A program made the position numbers and the translations under genes. Below are positions 19,258 to 29,199 of a stretch of DNA of 64,000 nucleotides, piece by piece (the first letter of the stretch is position 1; each line of letters starts with the position of its first letter). This DNA comes from Acidobacteriota bacterium. Lineage in GTDB: Bacteria; Acidobacteriota; UBA6911; RPQK01; JAJDTT01. Under the pieces are notes generated by a model. It did no database searches. It saw only the letters and a program-made list of their open reading frames with translations, and was not told where the DNA came from. The stretch spans positions 5,120,001 to 5,184,000 of the forward strand of contig OZ242374.1 in NCBI GenBank assembly GCA_965209055.1. The letters are read 5' to 3'.

Positions 19258-21234
19258 TCAAAGATCGAGCTGTTCCCGGACCGTGTCCTTCAGCAATTCG
19301 GCATTGGGAATCAACTCTTTCTCCAAAGCAGGAGAAAACGGAATGGGCGTATGTCGCATTCCCAACGCGACGACGGGAGCGTCCAGCCAGTCGAATGCCG
19401 CTTCGCCGATTTGGCCGGCCAGGCAGGCCGCAAAGGAGCCCTGGCGCGGAGCTTCGTTCAAAACCACCGCCGCGCGCGTCTTTCTGACCGAAGAGACGAT
19501 GGTTTCCAGATCGAGGGGCACGATGGTCCGGGGATCGATCACCTCCAGTTCGACATTCTCCAGCCGGGACAAATCGTCGGCGGCCTTGAGAGCCTCCTGG
19601 ACCATGGCTCCGGTGGCCACCACGGTGACATCGTTTCCGGGCCGGCGGACGACCGCTTCCCCGAAAGGAATCGCATAGTCCATCCGGGGCACCGGACCCT
19701 TGGCCTGATAGAGCAGCTTGTGCTCCAGGAAAAGGACCGGGTTGTCATCCCGGATCGCGGTCTTCAGCAGGCCCTTGGCATCGTAAGGCGTGGCCGGCAT
19801 GACCAACTTCAAACCGGGCACATGGTAGAGCCAGGCCTCCAGGCTCTGGGAATGGGTCGCGCTGCCGCTGCCGCCGGCGCCCGTCGCCGTCCGAATCACC
19901 ACCGGCACCTTGACCTGGCCGCCGGTCATGTAGTGGAGCTTGGCCCCAAGATTCACGATCTGGTCCATGGCCAGGGTCGTGAAGTCCACGTACATCAATT
20001 CCACCACGACCCGATAGCCCCGCACGGCCGCCCCGATCCCCACTCCGGTGAAGGAATTCTCCGAGATCGGCGTATCCCGGACGCGGTCTTTGAACTCGCG
20101 GGCCAGACCGCGCGTGACTCCGAACAACCCTCCCAGGATTTCGACGTCCTCTCCAATGACGATCAGGCCATCGTCACGCTCCATCTCCTCCCGAAGCGCC
20201 TCGTTGAGAGCCTGGGTACAGGTGATGTTGCGGGCGCCTGCCGGTGGCTCCGGCTGCGGTGGAGCATACGCCGGCGCGTAGACGTCCGTGGCGGCTTCTG
20301 ACGGATCCGGCCAATCCGAATCCAACGAAAACCGAAGGGCGCCCGCCACACGAACGCGCACACGATCACGAACGGCCGAATCCTCTTCCTCCGTCAGGAC
20401 TCGCGCCTGATCACGACGGAAAAGGGTGATGGGATCTCGACCCTTCCATTCCTTGACCTCATCCGCCGGCGCCGGATGCAGGGCGGGTGGAAAGACGGTG
20501 GCGTGCGGCTCATAGCGGAAGGTATTGCAGACGATCAGGGACGGGCCCTTGCCGTCCCGGGCCTCCCCCACCGCCCTCTTGGCCGCCTCATGGACGGCGG
20601 CGAAATCGTTCCCGTCGACACTGCACCCGGGAATCCCATAGGAAACGGCCCGGACGGCCAGGTCCTTGACGGAAGTGACGTTCGACGACTTCACCGTCAT
20701 GGCATAGCCGTTGTTCTCGCAGACGAAGACGACGGGAAGCTTCCAGGCCGCGGCGAGATTGAGACCCTCGTGAAACGTCCCCTGGTTGGCGGCTCCGTCG
20801 CCGAAAAAGCAGACGGTGACACGGCTGTCACGTCCCACTTGGCTGGCCAGGCCACTTCCCACCGCAAGGGGGATTCCTCCGCCCACGACACTGACGGCCC
20901 CCAGCATCCCGATCTGGAGATCGATGACGTGCATCTCGCCGCCCTTGCCCTTGCAATACCCGGTGGCCTTGCCGGCAAATTCGGCCATTGAGCGGCGCAG
21001 GTCCGCCCCTTTGGCGATGAGATGGCCATGGCCCCGGTGAGTGCTGGTGATGAAATCGTCCGGCTCCAGGGCTTGGCAGACTCCGACCGCGACCGCCTCC
21101 TGTCCCTGGCAGGTGTGGGCGTGGCGGGGGAAATTGCCGCCCCGAAACTGGCGAGTCACCTCCTCCTCGAACGCCCGAATGACCAGCATGTCTTCGTAGG
21201 CCTTCAGGACCAGTGACCGGTCCATCTCTTCCAT
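19258..21234 (-). CDS. Fused 2-oxoacid/acetoin dehydrogenase E1 alpha-beta
   Basis: HRGHGH, GDGAANQG...ENNGY (TPP binding), then beta domain DTPISE, HSQ, EVIDPRT. Confidence 0.9.
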   Translation of the reverse strand: MEEMDRSLVLKAYEDMLVIRAFEEEVTRQFRGGNFPRHAHTCQGQEAVAVGVCQALEPDDFITSTHRGHGHLIAKGADLRRSMAEFAGKATGYCKGKGGEMHVIDLQIGMLGAVSVVGGGIPLAVGSGLASQVGRDSRVTVCFFGDGAANQGTFHEGLNLAAAWKLPVVFVCENNGYAMTVKSSNVTSVKDLAVRAVSYGIPGCSVDGNDFAAVHEAAKRAVGEARDGKGPSLIVCNTFRYEPHATVFPPALHPAPADEVKEWKGRDPITLFRRDQARVLTEEEDSAVRDRVRVRVAGALRFSLDSDWPDPSEAATDVYAPAYAPPQPEPPAGARNITCTQALNEALREEMERDDGLIVIGEDVEILGGLFGVTRGLAREFKDRVRDTPISENSFTGVGIGAAVRGYRVVVELMYVDFTTLAMDQIVNLGAKLHYMTGGQVKVPVVIRTATGAGGSGSATHSQSLEAWLYHVPGLKLVMPATPYDAKGLLKTAIRDDNPVLFLEHKLLYQAKGPVPRMDYAIPFGEAVVRRPGNDVTVVATGAMVQEALKAADDLSRLENVELEVIDPRTIVPLDLETIVSSVRKTRAAVVLNEAPRQGSFAACLAGQIGEAAFDWLDAPVVALGMRHTPIPFSPALEKELIPNAELLKDTVREQLDL

Positions 21235-21557
21235 GTCAGGTCAGCTTCCAGTGATCGGTCTGTTGTGGTGTCGAGACAGTGCCCTTTCGGGGCTGGACAT
21301 GGTCCCTGCTGCCCTGAGGAAAAGGATAGCCCAAATGCCCCGAACCGACTACGCATTGTCCGGCGCCGCCTGAACCCGTGGAACCGGCCTCTCCAAGAAC
21401 CCCAGCAGGGAACGATGGAGCGTTGGACTCTTGAACCAGTAAACAGTGCAAGTTAGGCTACTTTCCCACGGAGAAGACACTTCGGAGGTGACGGTTCCCG
21501 CACGTCCAACTCCAGAGGAACACCCGAAAAGCCGGCACGTCTCCCGATGATTGAAAT

Positions 21558-23651
21558 ATGAGCCACCAACAAGAACAGATTCGGATCGGCGCTGATGTCG
21601 GCGGGACCTTCACGGACGTGATCCTGCTGGACGCCAAGGGCAGAATCTGGAGTCGCAAAGTGCCGTCGACGCCTCCCGATTTCGAGCAGGCGGTCCTGCA
21701 CGCCAGCGAGAGTCTATTGCGCCAGAGCAAAACCGGCGGTCCTGCGGTGAGGCAGGTCGCCCACGGAACCACCGTGGCCACCAACGCCGTCCTGGAACAT
21801 CGGGGCGCCAAGACGGCCCTGATCACCACCAAGGGCTTCCGGGACGTCCTCGAGCTGCGCCGCATTCGGGCTCCCCAGATCTACGACGTGTTCTTCGACA
21901 AACCGGAAATTCTGGTCGAACGCTATCTGCGTTTCGAAATCGACGAACGGATCGCGGCTGACGGCGCCGTCCTGACGCCACTGGACGAAGCCGATCTCTG
22001 GCGCGTCAAGGAGCGGCTGGAAGCCGAGGCGGTGGAGTCCATCGCCGTCTGTTTCCTGCATTCCTACGCCTTTCCGCAGCACGAGGTTGCCGTGGGCCGG
22101 TTCCTGCGCCGGCACTTTCCCGACACGCCCGTGTCCCTTTCCCACGAGGTTCTGCCGGAGCGCAAGGAGTACGAACGGACGGCAACCACAGTGGTCAACG
22201 CTTACGTGCGGCCCATCATGCACGTCTACCTGAATGCCCTGCGCCACGGACTCAACGATCTGGAGATCGACGCGCCGCTGCACATCATGCAGTCGGCGGG
22301 CGGATTGACGCCGGACGACAATGCGGCGCGGCGGCCCGTCTTCGTCCTGGAATCGGGTCCGGCGGCCGGAGTCCTGGCCGCGGGATTCACCGCCCGCCGT
22401 CTCGGGATCGGCAACGTCATCACCCTGGACATGGGGGGAACCACGGCCAAGGCCTCAATGATCGAAGGCGGGAAGATCGACTACAGTCCGGAATACGAGG
22501 TCGGCTCCTCATTGTCGGTCGTCAGCCGGCTGGTGGGGGGCGGGGGAGAATTGATTCGGGCGCCCAGCATCGACATTGCCGAGGTGGGAGCCGGCGGCGG
22601 AAGCATTGCCTACCTGGACCGGGCCGGAGGCCTTCGCGTCGGTCCGCGCAGCGCCGGAGCCGTGCCCGGCCCCGTCTGCTACCAGCGGGGTGGCCAGGCG
22701 CCCACCCTGACGGACGCCAACGTGGTCCTGGGCTACATCCGGCCCGGCGACCTGGCGGACGGCCAGGTCAGCATCGACCGCGAATCCGCCGAGAGAGCGA
22801 TCACGGACATGATCGCAACACCCTTGGGCCTGGATCTCATCCAGGCGGCCGAAGGCATCCACCGCATCGGAAATGCCCGCACCATGCGGGCCTTGCGGGC
22901 CGTCTCCACCGAACGAGGCCGCGACCCGAGAAGTTTCGTGTTGATGGCGTTCGGGGGGTCGGGACCGATCCATGCTGCGGGGTTGGCGCGTGAACTGGGC
23001 ATCAGTCGGGTGATCGTTCCTGCGTTGCCGGGCCTTTTCAGCGCCTTGGGGCTCCTCTTCTCCGGAATCGAGCACCACGACGTTCGGAGTTGTCTGCTTT
23101 CGGGTCCGGATTTGACGGCGGCGGCGCTGCGCAACGTGCGAGACGAGATGCGCCGGAACATGCTGGCGCAGTTCAAGGCCGAGGGCTTCCCCGCCGAACA
23201 GGTCCGGCTGTCGGCTGCCTGCGACGTGCGCTTCAAGGGACAGACCTCCGAGATCCGCTTGGAGATCACCGCGGACCGGATCGGAGACCAGACCGTCCAG
23301 GATCTGTGCAGCGATTTCGTGGCGGAGCACGAGAAACTCTACGGACATCGTTCCGACCCTGACAACCCCATCGAGGTGGTGGCCGTCCGCTTGATCGGCC
23401 GGGCCGGGGAACCGCGCCAGGAGGGGGCCTTGAAGCCCGCCGAGTACCTGGGCACCCGGGCGCCCAGCCGCAGGGCCTGTTTTTCCGGAAACGTCATGGA
23501 CACCCCCGTTGTGGGCCGAAGCGACCTGAAAGACCCCCGGAATGGTCCCCTGTTGATCGACGAATACGATTCCACCATCGTCGTGCCGCCCGACGCGCGC
23601 GCCTCGCTGGACCCGCAGGGAAATCTGAACCTGGAGTTCACCGATGGCTGA
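21558..23651 (+). CDS. Hydantoinase A / 5-oxoprolinase subunit
   Basis: DVGGTFTD, HGTTVATN, ESGPAAG, DMGGTT, GPRSAGAVPGP. Confidence 0.92.
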   Translation: MSHQQEQIRIGADVGGTFTDVILLDAKGRIWSRKVPSTPPDFEQAVLHASESLLRQSKTGGPAVRQVAHGTTVATNAVLEHRGAKTALITTKGFRDVLELRRIRAPQIYDVFFDKPEILVERYLRFEIDERIAADGAVLTPLDEADLWRVKERLEAEAVESIAVCFLHSYAFPQHEVAVGRFLRRHFPDTPVSLSHEVLPERKEYERTATTVVNAYVRPIMHVYLNALRHGLNDLEIDAPLHIMQSAGGLTPDDNAARRPVFVLESGPAAGVLAAGFTARRLGIGNVITLDMGGTTAKASMIEGGKIDYSPEYEVGSSLSVVSRLVGGGGELIRAPSIDIAEVGAGGGSIAYLDRAGGLRVGPRSAGAVPGPVCYQRGGQAPTLTDANVVLGYIRPGDLADGQVSIDRESAERAITDMIATPLGLDLIQAAEGIHRIGNARTMRALRAVSTERGRDPRSFVLMAFGGSGPIHAAGLARELGISRVIVPALPGLFSALGLLFSGIEHHDVRSCLLSGPDLTAAALRNVRDEMRRNMLAQFKAEGFPAEQVRLSAACDVRFKGQTSEIRLEITADRIGDQTVQDLCSDFVAEHEKLYGHRSDPDNPIEVVAVRLIGRAGEPRQEGALKPAEYLGTRAPSRRACFSGNVMDTPVVGRSDLKDPRNGPLLIDEYDSTIVVPPDARASLDPQGNLNLEFTDG

Positions 23652-25389
23652 AATCGATCCCATTACTCGTGAGATCATCCAGAACGCCCTCTCGTCTGCC
23701 GCCGACGAGATGTCTCTGGCGCTCTATCGCACGGCGTACTCCACCATCGTCCGGGACTGTCTCGACTATTCCACCTCGCTGTGCAACGCCCAGGGCGAGA
23801 TGATCGCGCAAGGCGTCACGATTCCCCTCCATCTGGGATCGGTTCCTCACGCCATGGAGACGCTGTTGGAAAAGTACGGTGACGACATGGAGCCGGAGGA
23901 CGTTTTCATCATGAACGATCCTTTCGGCGGCGGAATGCACATCCCCGACATCTACGTCGTCAAACCGATATTCATCGAGGGCCGTCTGGTCTCCTTCGCC
24001 GTCAGCACGGCCCACCACCTGGATCTGGGCGGACGCCTGCCCGGAAGCTCGGCTTGTGACAACACGGAGATATTCCAGGAGGGATTCCGCATCCCGTGGC
24101 TCAAGCTCTTCCACCGTGGGGAACCGGACGTGTCGATCTTCGAGTTGATGCGAACCAACGTCCGGGTTCCCGAACAGACCATCGGCGATCTCCGGGCGCA
24201 GGTCGCCGCCTGCAATATCGGCGCCCGCGCGGTCCAGGCCCTCGTGGAGCGGCACGGCCCTCAGACCTTTGCCGACTGCGCCGACGATCTCATCGCATAC
24301 ACCGAGCGTCTCATGCGGGCCGAGATCGCCACTTGGCCCGACGGCAGCAACACCTTTACCGACTACATGGACAGCGACGGGGTCGACGGGCCGAGGGTGC
24401 GCATACAGGTGAAGATCACTGTCGAAGGCGATTCCCTGACCGCCGACTTCACCGGCACCGATCCGCAGGTCCGGGGTGCGCTCAACAGCACGCTCTCCTT
24501 CACCGAAGGCGCCGTCGCCGTCTGTGTCCGTTGCGCCATGCGGGAGGAGGTGCCCAATACCGCCGGCATGTTCAGACCCCTGAGCATCATCACCGAGCCC
24601 GGCACCGTGGTCGACGTCGTGATGCCCGGGGCCTCCTCCATGCGCGGCGTGACCGGGTTTCGCATGGTCGATACCATCTTCGGCGCGCTGGCCGGCCTGC
24701 TGCCCGATCGGATCCTGGCGGCCGGCGAAGGGGGTAACACCTTGGTGGTGATCGGAGGTTTGCGAAAGGACCGCTCGCCCTATGTCTACTACGAACTGAT
24801 GACCGGGACCTGGGGCGGCCGCCCCGACCGGGACGGCAACGACGGCCTTTGCAATCCCATCAACGTCGCCAGCAACATCCCCGTGGAGCACGCCGAAACC
24901 GAGTACCCGCTCCGGATCCGGCGTTACGGTTTGGTGGGAGACTCGGGAGGCGCCGGAAAGTACCGGGGCGGCCTGGCCGTCGAACGGGAATGGGAGTTGC
25001 TGGAGGGCGAAACCCATCTGGCCATCCGTTCCGACCGGCGCGACCACCTTCCCTATGGACTCTATTCGGGGAAACCTGGAACCGGTTCTCTCACCATTTT
25101 GACCCGGGATGAGGACCAGGAAGTGCTCCCCGTCATGATCTCCAGCACGCTGAAGGAAGGCGACGTCCTCTACCATCGGCAACCCGGGGGCGGCGGCTGG
25201 GGCGAACCCCTCGATCGGCCTCCTCTGACCGTTCAGCGGGACGTCAAGAACGAGAAAGTGTCGGTCCAGGCGGCTCGCAATGAATACGGCGTGGTTCTCG
25301 GCGACGATCTGGCACTGGACCACGAGGCCACGGAAGTCCGGCGTCAGCAGCTCCGCCATGAGCCGGTAGCTGCGGGGCACGAAGTATGA
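23644..25389 (+). CDS. Hydantoinase B / 5-oxoprolinase subunit
   Basis: NDPFGGGMHIPD, HHLDLGG, DSGGAGKYRGG, GGGGWG. Confidence 0.92.
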   Translation: MAEIDPITREIIQNALSSAADEMSLALYRTAYSTIVRDCLDYSTSLCNAQGEMIAQGVTIPLHLGSVPHAMETLLEKYGDDMEPEDVFIMNDPFGGGMHIPDIYVVKPIFIEGRLVSFAVSTAHHLDLGGRLPGSSACDNTEIFQEGFRIPWLKLFHRGEPDVSIFELMRTNVRVPEQTIGDLRAQVAACNIGARAVQALVERHGPQTFADCADDLIAYTERLMRAEIATWPDGSNTFTDYMDSDGVDGPRVRIQVKITVEGDSLTADFTGTDPQVRGALNSTLSFTEGAVAVCVRCAMREEVPNTAGMFRPLSIITEPGTVVDVVMPGASSMRGVTGFRMVDTIFGALAGLLPDRILAAGEGGNTLVVIGGLRKDRSPYVYYELMTGTWGGRPDRDGNDGLCNPINVASNIPVEHAETEYPLRIRRYGLVGDSGGAGKYRGGLAVEREWELLEGETHLAIRSDRRDHLPYGLYSGKPGTGSLTILTRDEDQEVLPVMISSTLKEGDVLYHRQPGGGGWGEPLDRPPLTVQRDVKNEKVSVQAARNEYGVVLGDDLALDHEATEVRRQQLRHEPVAAGHEV

Positions 25390-25482
25390 CGCGGCAAACC
25401 ACCGGCTCCATCGCCCAGCGGCGCGGTCTCGGCAACCGCCGATAGACGCATTCCGGCCACCAGTCCGCAGGTTGGGAGACCA

Positions 25483-26628
25483 ATGAAGATTCGAGATATC
25501 CGCCTCCTCCCGCTTCGCGGTGAAACTCCCGACGGCGGTTGGGATGACAAGTTCTCCGATCTCGAGAACAACCTGCACACGCTGGTCGAGGTCGTCACCG
25601 ATGAAGGCGTCACCGGAGTGGGCAGCGTGTTCACCTCGGAACGGCTGATCCGGGGCGCCATCGACGTGATGCGGCCCTTCCTCATCGGCGCCTCCGCTCT
25701 GGACCCGACGGTGACGACCGAAATCTGCCACCAGCAGACCTTCTGGCAGGGCCGCGGCGGGTCCGTCACCCATGCTATTTCGGGTATCGACATCGCTCTT
25801 TGGGACATTCTCGGGAAGGTCACCGGCCAACCCGTCAGCCGGCTGCTGGGAGGCCGCTACCGGGAAAAGATCAAACCGTACGGGTCCCTGCTGATGGATG
25901 AACCCGGAATTCTGCGAGCCTCATTGGAAGACGGGCTCAACCGGGGATTCCGCGCCTTCAAGATCGGTTGGGGTCCGTTCGGCCGCCGCGACCGGAAGAC
26001 CGACGAGGCCATCGTCAAGGCTGCGCGCGAAACGGTGGGGGCTGAGGTCGAATTGATGGTGGACGCCGGAGGGTCGGACGCCTTCTGGCCCCACGGCTAC
26101 AAGTGGGGGCTGCAGACCTCGCGGATGCTCTCCGACTACGAAATCGCCTGGTTCGAGGAACCGTTGCGCCCGGATGATCTCGACGGATACGTAAAACTGA
26201 CCGGAAATGCGCCGCTGCCCATTTCCGGCTGCGAGGTCTTCACCCGGCGGCAGTCATTCATCGAGTGGATCGAACGGCGAGCTGTGGACTACATCCAGCC
26301 CGACGTCACCAAAGTCGGAGGGATCAGCGAGGAATTCCGGATCGCCCAATACGCGGACGACCACTCGATCCGTTTCGTCCCTCACGGCTGGAATACGGCC
26401 GTCGGGCTGGCCGCCGACCTTCAACTCGTCGCGGCGGTCCCGTGTGCGCGCTGGGTCGAATACATCACGCCGGCACCCTACATCGAAGACCTGCTGGCGG
26501 TTCCGATTCATCCCGATGAAGACGGTCTGATTCCGATTCCGGACGGTCCGGGACTCGGCCTGGAGTGGAACCCGGACGGCATTGCCCGGTTTACCGGGGG
26601 AATGAAGTTGACGCCTTCTTCGATTTAG
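25483..26628 (+). CDS. Mandelate racemase/enolase superfamily enzyme
   Basis: SGIDIALWDILGK, MVDAG, WFEEP, QPD, PGLG. Confidence 0.9.
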   Translation: MKIRDIRLLPLRGETPDGGWDDKFSDLENNLHTLVEVVTDEGVTGVGSVFTSERLIRGAIDVMRPFLIGASALDPTVTTEICHQQTFWQGRGGSVTHAISGIDIALWDILGKVTGQPVSRLLGGRYREKIKPYGSLLMDEPGILRASLEDGLNRGFRAFKIGWGPFGRRDRKTDEAIVKAARETVGAEVELMVDAGGSDAFWPHGYKWGLQTSRMLSDYEIAWFEEPLRPDDLDGYVKLTGNAPLPISGCEVFTRRQSFIEWIERRAVDYIQPDVTKVGGISEEFRIAQYADDHSIRFVPHGWNTAVGLAADLQLVAAVPCARWVEYITPAPYIEDLLAVPIHPDEDGLIPIPDGPGLGLEWNPDGIARFTGGMKLTPSSI

Positions 26629-27530
26629 TGAAGCGCCGCCACGCCACCCTCAAGCTGGTGGAGCGTCTGGACTTCTTCGTCGCTGAGGGCTTTGTCAAAC
26701 ACCGCCAACTCATCGAACAGGCCGACGTAGTTGATTCCCAGCCGGATCGTGCTGCCGGAAAGATCCCAGGTGAACGGTTCGCGAATCCCTTCCGCAGCGC
26801 CCTGGTATTCCGCATCGAGATAGAGGCGTGCCGTGCCGCCGGCAGAGCTGTTCAGGCCAGCGTAGGCGATCACAACGTGGGTCCAACTGCCGCGCTTGAA
26901 TGGAGGACTCGCGACCGCGACGAGTCGGTTTGTGAAGTCGGGATTGTCATTGGGAGAGATTTTCTCGGGATTCCAAACCTCGAGATCTCCGAAGACCCCG
27001 AGCCTGAATTCCCGCGGCGGGTCCTTGCTGAAATCCACCCAGATGGCGGCGTCGTTGTAGGCGATGTCCGTCACCTGGATGGGATCGCAATAGCCGGGCT
27101 CCAGATCTTCGTCGGGATCCAGATTGAGCCAGAAGGAGATCGTGCCGGCCCAGTCTTCGGTCGAGTAATCCAGGTTCTTCTCCGTCCTGTAGAAAAGGGC
27201 GCGTTTGGTGCTCCGGCTGAATTTGAGCGCGCTTCCGATGCGGCCGGCGTTGTCTTCGATAGTGACGTCCGGGTCATTGATGCCCGGCGACGCTTGATCG
27301 AGCTGGTCGTATTTGGGCGCGGTGTAGATCTGCGCATCGCCACGGGAGAAATCGGCGGCGGATCCGTGGTCAAAGGAGGCGTGAAAGCTGAGGGCTGAGC
27401 GCAGACCGTCCGGCGGCGGCGACTGCTCTTTCGTCACCTCGGCTTGGTCCGAAACAGAACAACCTGCGGTCCCGATGACGAGCAGGAGTCCGGAAAGATA
27501 CCCTCTGAGACCGGTGAGTCGATCCAGCAT
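26625..27530 (-). CDS. LamG-like jelly-roll lipoprotein
   Basis: ATG 27530, lipobox-like IGTAGC, GTISFW, WTHV, GLFDELAVFDKALS. Confidence 0.75.
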   Translation of the reverse strand: MLDRLTGLRGYLSGLLLVIGTAGCSVSDQAEVTKEQSPPPDGLRSALSFHASFDHGSAADFSRGDAQIYTAPKYDQLDQASPGINDPDVTIEDNAGRIGSALKFSRSTKRALFYRTEKNLDYSTEDWAGTISFWLNLDPDEDLEPGYCDPIQVTDIAYNDAAIWVDFSKDPPREFRLGVFGDLEVWNPEKISPNDNPDFTNRLVAVASPPFKRGSWTHVVIAYAGLNSSAGGTARLYLDAEYQGAAEGIREPFTWDLSGSTIRLGINYVGLFDELAVFDKALSDEEVQTLHQLEGGVAALH

Positions 27531-27574
27531 GATTCTATCTCCTCCAGGAAACAATCTGTCCGGTGGGACGACAG

Positions 27575-29029
27575 TTACTCGCCCCTTTTTCCCTCCCGAG
27601 TCGGCGACAGGAAAGTCGCCGCCCCTGTCTCCAGCCGCTTGCCGACGACGAGGACCAGGGTGGACACCAACACGCCGATCAGCACCGGATCGAGGGCCCA
27701 GACGAAGAAGCTGGCGCCCGCCTTCAACTCCCGGGGTGTGACGGCCTGTGAGACGATGACCACCACCGCACTGACCGCCAACGCAGCCAGCACCGTCCGG
27801 GATTTCTTGCGCATGGACGGGAAGAGCAGTACGGCGATCAGGACCGGCGACAGCGAGCCCGCCACCAGCCGGCCCCCGGCAAAGAACAGCTCCAGCAGAA
27901 GCGGTATGTAGTAGTAGGTGACGCACGCCAGAACGGCCGTCAGCAAGATGCTCAAACGGGACACCAGGAGCATCCGAGACGCGCCGGCCTTGGGATCGAT
28001 GAACCTCTGGTAGATGTCCACGGTCACGTTCGACCCCATGGTCCCGATGGTGGAGCTCAAGGTCGACATGTTGGCGCTCAGGATGGCGATGAAAATGATG
28101 CTTCCCAGATAGGGCCCGGCCATCTGACCAGAGAGGTTCAAGAAGACCTGATCGGCTTCGACCTCCTTGCCGAAGAAAGCGATCCCGGCAACCCCCAGCA
28201 ACGCCGGGATGATGTACCACAGGATGGTCAGGAACCCGCCATAGATGAACCCCCGGCGCGCCACCCCGGCGCTGGATGCGGAAAAGGCCCTCTGCGCCAG
28301 GCTCTGGTACCCGCAGGCCAGGAAGAAGCCCATGGAGAACCAGCCCAGGATCTCCAGCGCCTCGAAGTTCCCGGTGAAGGAGAAGAGCGCCGGCTCGTCG
28401 ACCTTCTCCACCATGGCCCCGAGACCGCCCAGATTCACGATGGACAGGACCAGAAGCAGGACCGTCCCCAGCACGATGATGAAAAACTGGATCGTGTCGG
28501 TGAGCAGAACCGCCCACATCCCCCCCAGCGCCACGTAGAGGACGGTGATGAAATAGGTCAGGACCAGGGCGGTGAAGATGCTGATGTCGAGCGCCGACGA
28601 CGTCACGATCGCCGTAGCCCCGATGGTCCCCGCCGTGGCGCCGAAATCCCGCAGCATCGCCACCCCCAGCGCCACCAGGCGATGGGTCGGACCGAAGAAC
28701 CGCTCCAGAATCTGGGGAGTGGTGATGACCCGGAGCTTCCACATCCGGGGAATGAGGAAGATCCCGATCCACAGGGTTCCGATTCCCACGGCGCTGGTAT
28801 GCCAATAGGAGCTGAGGCCGAAGCTCTTCCCGAAACCGGTGATGGTGATGAGGGTGACGCCGTTGATCCAGGTCGCCGCCACCGAACAGCCGATGAGCCA
28901 GGGGCCCACGCTCCGACCGGCGACGGTCATGTCCTCATAGGTCGTAACGCGCCGCTTGGCGCTCCAGACGCCGATCCCGACCACGACGATCAGATAGAGG
29001 GCGACCAAGGGCCAAAGGATCTCGTTCAT
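27575..29029 (-). CDS. Sodium:solute symporter (SSS) family
   Basis: AGRSVG, YVALGGMWAVLLTDTIQ, SANMSTLSS; polytopic membrane protein. Confidence 0.9.
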   Translation of the reverse strand: MNEILWPLVALYLIVVVGIGVWSAKRRVTTYEDMTVAGRSVGPWLIGCSVAATWINGVTLITITGFGKSFGLSSYWHTSAVGIGTLWIGIFLIPRMWKLRVITTPQILERFFGPTHRLVALGVAMLRDFGATAGTIGATAIVTSSALDISIFTALVLTYFITVLYVALGGMWAVLLTDTIQFFIIVLGTVLLLVLSIVNLGGLGAMVEKVDEPALFSFTGNFEALEILGWFSMGFFLACGYQSLAQRAFSASSAGVARRGFIYGGFLTILWYIIPALLGVAGIAFFGKEVEADQVFLNLSGQMAGPYLGSIIFIAILSANMSTLSSTIGTMGSNVTVDIYQRFIDPKAGASRMLLVSRLSILLTAVLACVTYYYIPLLLELFFAGGRLVAGSLSPVLIAVLLFPSMRKKSRTVLAALAVSAVVVIVSQAVTPRELKAGASFFVWALDPVLIGVLVSTLVLVVGKRLETGAATFLSPTREGKRGE

Positions 29030-29190
29030 GGAGAAACCAGGCGGAACAGGAGAATCCAGAAGATATAGAAGACGCCCGCTGCGAGGAAAATGAGGACGAA
29101 TCCGACGGCGGCACGCTGCCAGGAGGGCTCGTTCCGATCCAGTTGCGCCAGGTTCAGCGGAGCGTCGCCTTGGGGGCCGTGTTTGTCCAT
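29026..29190 (-). CDS. 54-aa single-pass membrane protein, putative SSS accessory subunit (absent from the ORF track)
   Basis: Translated by hand: MDKHGPQGDAPLNLAQLDRNEPSWQRAAVGFVLIFLAAGVFYIFWILLFRLVSP; its TGA overlaps the SSS ATG and it fills the intergenic gap. Confidence 0.7.
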   Translation of the reverse strand: MDKHGPQGDAPLNLAQLDRNEPSWQRAAVGFVLIFLAAGVFYIFWILLFRLVSP

Positions 29191-29199
29191 GCGTCGAAC

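Noticed and set aside
21271-21287. TCGAGACAGTGCCCTTT resembling the right-end motif TCGAGACTGTCCCTTT
   Set aside because: Single degenerate copy with no array or flanking duplication seen; compatible with chance.
26625-28805. 726-aa ORF as a single fusion protein
   Set aside because: Its first 425 codons are an alternate frame of the SSS gene; the real lipoprotein starts at 27530.
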